A stretch of 64,000 bases of DNA. Source: Nitrospirota bacterium (GTDB lineage: Bacteria; Nitrospirota; UBA9217). The notes under the pieces were generated by a model that was not told where the DNA came from, did not search any database, and saw only the letters and a program-made list of their open reading frames with translations. The translations under genes and the position numbers were made by a program. This document shows, piece after piece, positions 54,978 through 64,000 of the stretch. The stretch's first letter is position 1; each line of letters starts with the position of its first letter. The DNA lies in NCBI GenBank assembly GCA_963749655.1, contig CAVVOB010000027.1, positions 9,542 through 73,541 of the forward strand, written 5' to 3'.

Positions 54978-55180
54978 CAACCGGGGAGAACGGGGGTCCG
55001 GAGCTGCACTCCGCTCCTGCGACAAAAAATAATTGTTGGTTTTCCGCCTGGAAAGGGGGATAATGCTTTAATCGCCATTCGCGCATCCTCTGGCATCGTC
55101 CCCTTATCCAAGCTATAATATTCTCTGTTGGGCTTTCCAGTACGTGAATAATTCAACCGATTTCACTGTAAAGGAGTCCC

Positions 55181-56692
55181 ATGAATATCCTGCTCGTCTA
55201 CCCGCAATACCCCACAACTTTCTGGAGCTTCAAATACGCCCTGAAGTTCATCGCGAAAAAAGCCAGCCTGCCGCCGCTCGGCCTCTTGACCGTTTCCGCG
55301 ATGCTCCCCGCGGACTGGAAGCAGCGTCTTGTCGATCTGAACGTCAGGAAACTGACCGACGCCGATCTCATATGGGCCGACTTCGCGCTGCTCTCGGCCA
55401 TGTCCATTCAGAAAGAATCGGCCGATGAAATCATCGATCGGTGCAGGAAGGCCGGCGTAAAAGTGCTGGCCGGCGGCCCTCTGTTCACCGCGCACCCTGA
55501 AGAATACGGCCACGTCGATCATCTCGTGCTGAACGAGGCGGAGATCACGCTGCCGATGTTCCTGAAGGACCTCGCGGACGGGACACCGCAGCACCTCTAC
55601 ACTTCCTCCGATTGGGCGGAGCTCAGGGTAACGCCCGTGCCCCGGTTCGACCTGCTCAACATGAGAAAGTATGCTTCCATGAACATCCAGTATTCGCGCG
55701 GCTGCCCCTTTGATTGCGAGTTCTGCAACATCACGTCGCTCTACGGACGAATGCCCAGGACCAAGGACGCCTCCCAGGTCATCGCCGAGCTCGATACGCT
55801 CCACAACCTCGGCTGGAAGGGAAGCGTCTTCATCGTGGACGACAATTTCATCGGGAACAAAGGCAAGCTCAAAAAAGAGATGCTGCCTGCCATCATCAGC
55901 TGGATGGAACGGATGAAGCACCCCTTCAATCTCTACACCGAAGTGTCCATCAACCTGGCCGACGACGAGGAATTAATGCAGCTCATGGCCCGCGCGGGGT
56001 TCGACCAGGTATTCGTGGGCATCGAGACACCGAACGAGGAAAGCCTGGCGGAATGCAACAAACGTCAGAACCGGAACCGGGACCTGATCGCGAACGTCAG
56101 AAAGATCCAGCATGCAGGTCTCGAAGTGCAGGCCGGCTTCATCGTGGGATTCGACAAGGACCCGGACTCGATCTTCGAGCGCTTGACCGCGTTCATCCAG
56201 GAAAGCGGCATCGTGACCGCCATGGTGGGACTCTTGAACGCTCCGAAGGGCACCAAGCTCCATCGCCGTCTGGAAGAGGAGGGAAGGATCCTGATGACTT
56301 CCACCGGAGACAACACCGACTTTTCGCTCAACTTCGTGCCCAAAATGAACACCGAGGCGCTGGTCAACGGCTACCGCTCGGTCCTGAAATCGATCTATTC
56401 ACCGAAGCCTTACTACGCCCGGGTAAAAAAATTCCTGAAGGAGTACCGCCCCGGACCCATCCGGCGCTTCCGCCTCCCCTACAGCCATATCCGGGCAGGA
56501 CTCGTGTCCGTCGTCCGTCTCGGGATCGTCGGCAGGGAGCGGTTCCAGTACTGGAAACTCCTGACCTGGTCCCTGTTCCGCCGTCCGCGGCTTCTGCCCC
56601 TTGCCATCACGCTCTCGATCTACGGTTATCATTTCCGCAGGGTGTTCAGAAGTCACGAGAAGCGGTTCCGGACGTCGCCTGTTCCGCATTAA
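55181..56692 (+). CDS. Cobalamin-dependent radical SAM protein (DUF4070 type)
   Basis: PPLGLLTV B12-binding N-terminus, SRGCPFDCEFC, VDDNFIGN, GFIVGFD. Confidence 0.93.
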   Translation: MNILLVYPQYPTTFWSFKYALKFIAKKASLPPLGLLTVSAMLPADWKQRLVDLNVRKLTDADLIWADFALLSAMSIQKESADEIIDRCRKAGVKVLAGGPLFTAHPEEYGHVDHLVLNEAEITLPMFLKDLADGTPQHLYTSSDWAELRVTPVPRFDLLNMRKYASMNIQYSRGCPFDCEFCNITSLYGRMPRTKDASQVIAELDTLHNLGWKGSVFIVDDNFIGNKGKLKKEMLPAIISWMERMKHPFNLYTEVSINLADDEELMQLMARAGFDQVFVGIETPNEESLAECNKRQNRNRDLIANVRKIQHAGLEVQAGFIVGFDKDPDSIFERLTAFIQESGIVTAMVGLLNAPKGTKLHRRLEEEGRILMTSTGDNTDFSLNFVPKMNTEALVNGYRSVLKSIYSPKPYYARVKKFLKEYRPGPIRRFRLPYSHIRAGLVSVVRLGIVGRERFQYWKLLTWSLFRRPRLLPLAITLSIYGYHFRRVFRSHEKRFRTSPVPH

Positions 56693-56712
56693 GAAAAGCC
56701 CGCTTACAGAAC

Positions 56713-56769
56713 GAGCACTGCAATCCCCCGGCATTCGGATCAAGGGGGGCTCGCAGTGCTCTTTTTTTT
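56713..56769 (+). terminator. Intrinsic terminator
   Basis: GAGCACTGC...GCAGTGCTC followed by T8. Confidence 0.75.
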
Positions 56770-56784
56770 CGCCGCAGAAACCGT

Positions 56785-57936
56785 TTATTTCCCGAAGGGA
56801 CAGACAGGATACCTGCACTCCTTGCACTGAAGGCACAGCCCGCCATGCCCCAGCGCTGCAAGCTCCCGTCTGCCGATCTTCTCTCCCGCCAGCAGCCGGG
56901 GAAGCAGCAGATCGACCACTGTCGTCTTGTGATACATGCCGCAGGCGGGAATCCCTAAAATCGGAATAGGGTCAAGGGTCCCGGGTCCAGGGTTAAGGGA
57001 ATCTTTTCCCGGCCCCTTGCCCCCGGCGCCTGGCCCCTGTTCCAGATACCCTACCAGCACCATCGCGCCGGGCAGCGCCGGCGATCCGTAGGAGATATCG
57101 ACCGCGCCCAGGTCGCGGACTGCAAACCTCGTCACGTCATCGGGATCCACGGACATGCCGCCTGTCGTGATGAGCAAATCCGCGCCTGCTGATACCAGCT
57201 CTTCGAGCCGCTGCCTGATGAAGTGCCTGTCATCGGGGGCATAGTAGATGCCGATGATCTCGCCTCCCAGGGACTCTATCTTTTTCGCGATCACGGGCGC
57301 AAAGCTGTCCTTGATCCTGCCTTCGTACACTTCTCTGCCTGTTATGACGACGCCCGCCCTCGGCTTCCTGATCTCCCTCACCGCGATGACGCCGCTTGCT
57401 CCGGTGCTCCGGACGCGACCGGCGATCGAGACCGCATCGTCGACGATTGTCAGCTTTATCACCAGGGGGACCGCCTTGGTCCCGGCAATGATCTGCCCTT
57501 TCGTGACCATCGTGTTGCTGTGGAGCGTGGAGCACAGGACGTCTCCCAGCATGTTGAAGTTCAGCAGCGCCTCTTCGTCGATCTTCAGAAGACCGTCCCT
57601 TCCCGCCACGAGGTTCACCTTCCCCTCCCGGGGCTCACCCTGCAGGGCGACGCCTTCTCCCATGAGGGCATGGGCCAGAGACTTCGCTGCATCGTCTTCG
57701 TGCAGCTCGTCGTCTCCGATGGTCAGCACGAAGAGATGATCCTTCCCGATCTGCCTGAGACGCGGGACGTCCTCGCTCCGGACGACGTGTCCCTTCCTGA
57801 ACGCGCAGCCCTTGAATTCGTCCTTGCGGATCTCGGTCACATCGTGGGCAAGGACCATGCCGACCGCTTCACTTACGGGAACTGCCCTTGTTGCTCCGGC
57901 CCCATGCCGACGCGCCTCACTACTGTTATTGCACAT
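56785..57936 (-). CDS. Molybdopterin-binding (MoeA-like) protein with C-terminal Cys cluster
   Basis: AVGMVLAHDVTEI, TGGMSVDPDD.T, YGSPALPGAM, GHGGLCLQCKECRYPVCPFGK. Confidence 0.88.
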   Translation of the reverse strand: MCNNSSEARRHGAGATRAVPVSEAVGMVLAHDVTEIRKDEFKGCAFRKGHVVRSEDVPRLRQIGKDHLFVLTIGDDELHEDDAAKSLAHALMGEGVALQGEPREGKVNLVAGRDGLLKIDEEALLNFNMLGDVLCSTLHSNTMVTKGQIIAGTKAVPLVIKLTIVDDAVSIAGRVRSTGASGVIAVREIRKPRAGVVITGREVYEGRIKDSFAPVIAKKIESLGGEIIGIYYAPDDRHFIRQRLEELVSAGADLLITTGGMSVDPDDVTRFAVRDLGAVDISYGSPALPGAMVLVGYLEQGPGAGGKGPGKDSLNPGPGTLDPIPILGIPACGMYHKTTVVDLLLPRLLAGEKIGRRELAALGHGGLCLQCKECRYPVCPFGK

Positions 57937-58550
57937 GTCCGTCTCCTGAACGCCCCGCTGCTGAGCGCAGGGCAAATTTTTCGAGAATTTTTCGGTAGTC
58001 GTCCCCTGTATCCATATCCAGGATCACGCCTTCATCAGGAACCGGAAGCACCGACACGCGGCCGTCGTCTTCGCGGACCAGATCGCGCAGCGTTGCATGT
58101 AAAAAAGATGTCGCTGATGACGGCGTAGGGGAAAAGGCTTGGATGCCCGCGCCGGCCTTCGAACGCGGGGATGATGATCTTTTCCGGTTCCCGGCGATGG
58201 GCGTCGAGTAGAGCCCGGTACGTGTCTTCCTCCACAAGCGGATGATCGGCCAGGCAGACGAGGACTGCCGAGCACGTTTCGTCGATTGCGCGCAGCCCGG
58301 TCCGGATCGAGTCGGCCATCTGGCCGTCAGGATCAGCGTTCCTGACGAGCCTGGCCTTCGCGCCCTTGAGCGCCTCGGTGCACGCATCGTGCTCCGGTCC
58401 GGTCACCACGACGAGGTCAATTCCGGTCGACGCAAGGGTATCGACACAGTGCCGGAGAACTGCTTTATTCCCGAGCAGCAGAAGCTGCTTTGAGGTCCCC
58501 ATTCTCCTGGACGAGCCTGCTGCAAGAAGCAGCGCTGCTACGTGAAGCAC
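57926..58550 (-). CDS. mocA: Molybdenum cofactor cytidylyltransferase-like nucleotidyltransferase (frameshift at ~58100)
   Basis: LLAAGSSRRMGTSKQLL, LADHP, GRRGHP, then DEGVILDMDT..DY in a second frame. Confidence 0.82.
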
Positions 58551-59311
58551 TCTGCGTTCTCCTTTTCTGGATGATCTGCGCCATGATGCTCACGGCGATC
58601 TCCTCGGGAGTCACCGACCCGATCTCGATGCCCACCGGAATGACGACCCTGCATGAGGTCGTCTTTTGAAAATCCGCTTTCCTCCAGCGCCTTGTAGAGC
58701 AGCGCCTTCTTGCGCCTGCTTCCCAGCAGGCCGATGTACCCGGCGCCGGTCCGGAGCGCGGCCTTGACCGCATCCAGGTCGTGGTTGTGGCCGCGCGTGG
58801 CAACGACGATGAAGGTGCCGGTCTCCACGGGAAGGTCCTCGAAGGCCCGGTTGAAGTCGACGACCATGAGCTCATGCGCATCGGGGATGTTCTCCCCGTT
58901 CGCGAACTCCTTCCGGTCGTCCACCACGGTCACGCGAAAACCGGTGAAGCGGGCGAGTTTTGCCAGCTGTTTCCCAACGTGGCCGGCGCCGAGGACCACA
59001 AGGCGGGGTTCGAGCAGGACCGGCTCGATGTAGACCAGCACCGTGCCGCCGCACACGAGCCCGCCCTCGCGCTCGGTGAGCTCGAAGGGCAGGGTCAGGG
59101 GCTCCCCGTCCTTCAAGGACATGAGCGCGGCCTGCGCCACGTCGGCCTCGAGGCATCCGCCGCCCAGGGTCCCCAGGATCGAGCCGTCGTCGCGCACGAG
59201 CATCTTGGCGCCCTGCTTCTGCGGCGACGAGCCGCGGCATTCGACGATCGTGGCAATGGCCGATGTTCTGCCCAGCCGCTTGAGCCTCAGCGCTTCTTCG
59301 TAGATCTGCAT
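58538..59311 (-). CDS. xdhC: XdhC/CoxI-family molybdoenzyme chaperone (frameshift at ~58650; 3' end uncertain)
   Basis: GSSPQKQGAKM, GTLGGGC, CGG, GAGHVG, TRGH..D, YIGLLGSRRK, PVGIEIGSVTPEEIAVSI. Confidence 0.88.
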   Translation of the reverse strand: MQIYEEALRLKRLGRTSAIATIVECRGSSPQKQGAKMLVRDDGSILGTLGGGCLEADVAQAALMSLKDGEPLTLPFELTEREGGLVCGGTVLVYIEPVLLEPRLVVLGAGHVGKQLAKLARFTGFRVTVVDDRKEFANGENIPDAHELMVVDFNRAFEDLPVETGTFIVVATRGHNHDLDAVKAALRTGAGYIGLLGSRRKKALLYKALEESGFSKDDLMQGRHSGGHRDRVGDSRGDRREHHGADHPEKENAECFT

Positions 59312-59479
59312 GGATCACCTCATTGGGTCGAAATAACCACGGATGAACACGGTAAAGACGGAATCATTCAGGGACGCACAGGCACTCTATTCCGCTACCA
59401 TCCGCTTTTTCTGCGTTCATCGAGCTGCCCTCGAGTCCTATCGTGCGTCTCTGCGGTAGAGAATTTTTTTCCCGATGTT

Positions 59480-61650
<2,171 letters not shown>

Positions 61651-61654
<4 letters not shown>

Positions 61655-62104
61655 TTCTTCCCTCCTTTCGACGCGAGCCGGATGGCGCTCTTGATCTTGG
61701 GATAGGTGCCGCAGCGGCAGAGGTTGCCGTTCATGTGCTCGACGATCTGCTGCATCGGCGGGATGGGGGTCTTCGTGCAGCAGGGCCGCGGCCTGCATGA
61801 TCTGGCCCGACTGGCAGTAGCCGCACTGGGGGACCTGCTCCTTGACCCAGGCCTGCTTCACCGGATGGTTCTCCGGCAGGCCTTCGATGGTCATGATCTT
61901 CTTGCCCTGCGCGCTTCCCGCCGGGGTCTGGCAGGACCGGACGGCCTTGCCGTCGAGGTGCACGGTGCAGGAACCGCACATGCCGATGCCGCACCCGAAC
62001 TTGGTGCCCGTCAGCTTGAGCCGCTCCCGGATGACCCAGAGCAGCGGTACGTCGGGCTGCACATCTACATCATAGTTTTTTCCGTTGATCTCCAGTCTTA
62101 TCAT
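61651..62104 (-). CDS. 2x[2Fe-2S] small subunit (IorA-like); frameshift at ~61760
   Basis: [25 protein letters not shown], then GNLCRCGTY in a shifted frame. Confidence 0.92.
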
Positions 62105-62408
62105 GCAACACCTCCATGATGAAATCGCCTGAAATAGATATTGACCGCAGAATGCCGCGATAACGGATAGAACGGACAGATTCTTCTCGGAACCGATTAT
62201 ACGGTTAGTGCACCACGCTTATTGCTGCAGATTGTTGTCGAACGTGCTGTTGAATACGCGAACTGAAAGGATGCTATTAACTATAGCTCAAAAAGAAGGA
62301 AGTTCAAGCCGGGCGCTGGAATGCGATAATACTTTATGCGTATTTGTTTGGAGAGAATGAAGAAGAGGTCATTAGAGCGGAGTGAATCATTTCAGGCACG
62401 AAATAATC

Positions 62409-62981
62409 TTACCTGCGGGTCGTCGCCTTTCCGCGCGATTTCTCGGGCGTCTTTTGCGGCTTGTGCAGCAGCAGACCGATGTATTTATTGATCGGGTTTG
62501 ACCGGTCAAGGAACGGCACAGGCGGCTGTTTCCTGATGCCCAGCGCCCGGAGTTCCCTTTTCAGTTCACTGTTTCCGCTGTCGTATTGCATGCCGTCGTA
62601 AAAAGCGTCGATGGCATCCTGTTTCTTTCCCGCTGCCAGGTAGGCCCTGCCGAGATTAAGATAGAACAGCGGATAGAGGATTTCCTCCTCGAACATTTCT
62701 TTCTGCTGAAGCACAGTAATGGCCTTCTTGCAGGTCTCGACACCGCTCCGGTACTTCTTGTCCACCACTGCCAGCAGGCACCCGTAATAGGACAGGACCA
62801 GCGGTTCGTCGGGAAACTGCACTGACGCCTGCTGCAGCACCTTGAAGGCCTCCTTCTGCTTCCCGTTCTTCAAATGCATCCGGACGGCGCGCAAATAATC
62901 CGCAGGCCGTACCTCTGCGCTTTTTTCCGGCTCGCCGGCTGCGCCCTGCTGAGGAACCTTCATGTCATTGGGATTTTTCAT
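62409..62981 (-). CDS. TPR-repeat protein
   Basis: LSYYG.LLA, FYLNLGRAYLAAGKK..AI, G.RK.PP.PFLDRSNPINKY.G. Confidence 0.8.
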   Translation of the reverse strand: MKNPNDMKVPQQGAAGEPEKSAEVRPADYLRAVRMHLKNGKQKEAFKVLQQASVQFPDEPLVLSYYGCLLAVVDKKYRSGVETCKKAITVLQQKEMFEEEILYPLFYLNLGRAYLAAGKKQDAIDAFYDGMQYDSGNSELKRELRALGIRKQPPVPFLDRSNPINKYIGLLLHKPQKTPEKSRGKATTRR

Positions 62982-63156
62982 GGTCTAATTGTAGCATGAC
63001 CGCGTCGGACTGTGAACAGGAAAATGGGGGCCGCGTCAGGACGCCGAATTCCTTTGGTGGCGCCAGATTATCTTTTGCGAAGCAGCGCGTCCGGCAACGG
63101 GGAAAACCAGGATTTTTTACTGAGCGGCGTCCGGCGGAAAGGATCGAGCCGCTGCC

Positions 63157-63885
63157 TCAAGGCGCCTGTCCTGCTCCCGCGGCATCAGCGGGGAGTTTGG
63201 ACGTATGATCAAAGAACCTTTTTATATCCTCCGTTGAAAGTGTTGAATACGTATAAGCGCTGCGATACTTGAAGGTGAGTTTCGCGGGTTTCTGCAAGGA
63301 GGCAAGGTCCGGATACTGCTGAAGATCGGCCTTTGCCGATCCGCTGACCCCGATGGGGAGTTCTCCCTTGTAATAACCGTTTATGAAGAGGCTGACAGAG
63401 TCGGACCGCAAATCCTCGCGCCGCTTCTCCCGAAATGACCTCGAACCCTGTTCGATGAAAAACTCGTCCTCTATCGCAGCCGAGACATCCCGGATCGTGC
63501 AGCTCTTCGCCTCTGTCTTACAGTCCGGGCCGACATAGCTTCCCTCGACCCAGTAGGATTGAAAAAAGACAGGGACGATGGCGGTTGCCAGCAGCACCTT
63601 GAGCCATGCATCAAGCAGGGGGTACTTATTCGATCGAGCTTCCTGACGGACCATGATCTTCTGAAAATATTTATTCGTTACTTCTTCCCGCTCATCCTCC
63701 CGGTAGACGCGGACCGCAACAGGGGAAACAAGCTCTATTCTGTCCTTCGTCCTCTGTTCGATGTAGATGCCCGTGCCCTCCTCCCTGACGAGCGGACCTT
63801 TCTGAATGCGCTCGCCGACCACCTGCGCAAGGCAGCCTTGATTGATCAGGGCGGCAAAGATGACGATAGTGATAAATCTATTCAC
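63157..63885 (-). CDS. Hypothetical exported/lipoprotein (start uncertain)
   Basis: Long ORF; GTG start gives MNRFITIVIFAALINQGC (lipobox-like) and an internal hydrophobic segment. Confidence 0.6.
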   Translation of the reverse strand: MNRFITIVIFAALINQGCLAQVVGERIQKGPLVREEGTGIYIEQRTKDRIELVSPVAVRVYREDEREEVTNKYFQKIMVRQEARSNKYPLLDAWLKVLLATAIVPVFFQSYWVEGSYVGPDCKTEAKSCTIRDVSAAIEDEFFIEQGSRSFREKRREDLRSDSVSLFINGYYKGELPIGVSGSAKADLQQYPDLASLQKPAKLTFKYRSAYTYSTLSTEDIKRFFDHTSKLPADAAGAGQAP

Positions 63886-64000
63886 TGTTGGTCCTGGATG
63901 GGTCCGCCTCTTCGCCTGGAGGAAAGCCTGGTATAACGGGCGGAGACAGCACGTCTCTGGTTTTATTTCTGAGCCTCTCGCCTGACGAGCGAGCATTATT

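Overview
Bacterial DNA that is very probably a chimera of two genomes, joined at about 13275 inside an in-frame TolB::PyrG hybrid ORF. The left part (1-13277) is AT-richer and gene-dense: the conserved pyrG'-kdsA-kdsD-lptC/A-lptB-rpoN-hpf-ptsN-hprK-rapZ-EIIA-ptsH-ptsI-metK-ahcY' cluster, with LptC and LptA fused. The right part is GC-richer and its intergenic regions are full of small palindromic repeats. It carries tolQRAB', two moeA genes split by a TumE/TumA-like toxin-antitoxin pair, trxB, an octaheme cytochrome, thrC-metB, pilT, a GMC oxidoreductase, a B12 radical SAM enzyme and an iorAB-xdhC-mocA molybdoenzyme cluster. Clustered frameshifts look like long-read indel errors. The strongest candidate for a new system is the operon at 24449-28179: a KDDH-type RuBisCO-like protein, a CxxC AhpD/CMD protein and a fused transketolase lacking three canonical active-site histidines, possibly a cupin-independent salvage route for SAM by-products (MTA or 5'-deoxyadenosine). 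Also notable are a 5'-truncated group II intron with an 11-bp target-site duplication, a lone HD + Hsp90-ATPase conflict gene bracketed by inverted GGGTCAG motifs, and palindromic repeats inserted in frame into two proteins. All calls come from reading motifs by eye; no database searches were run.
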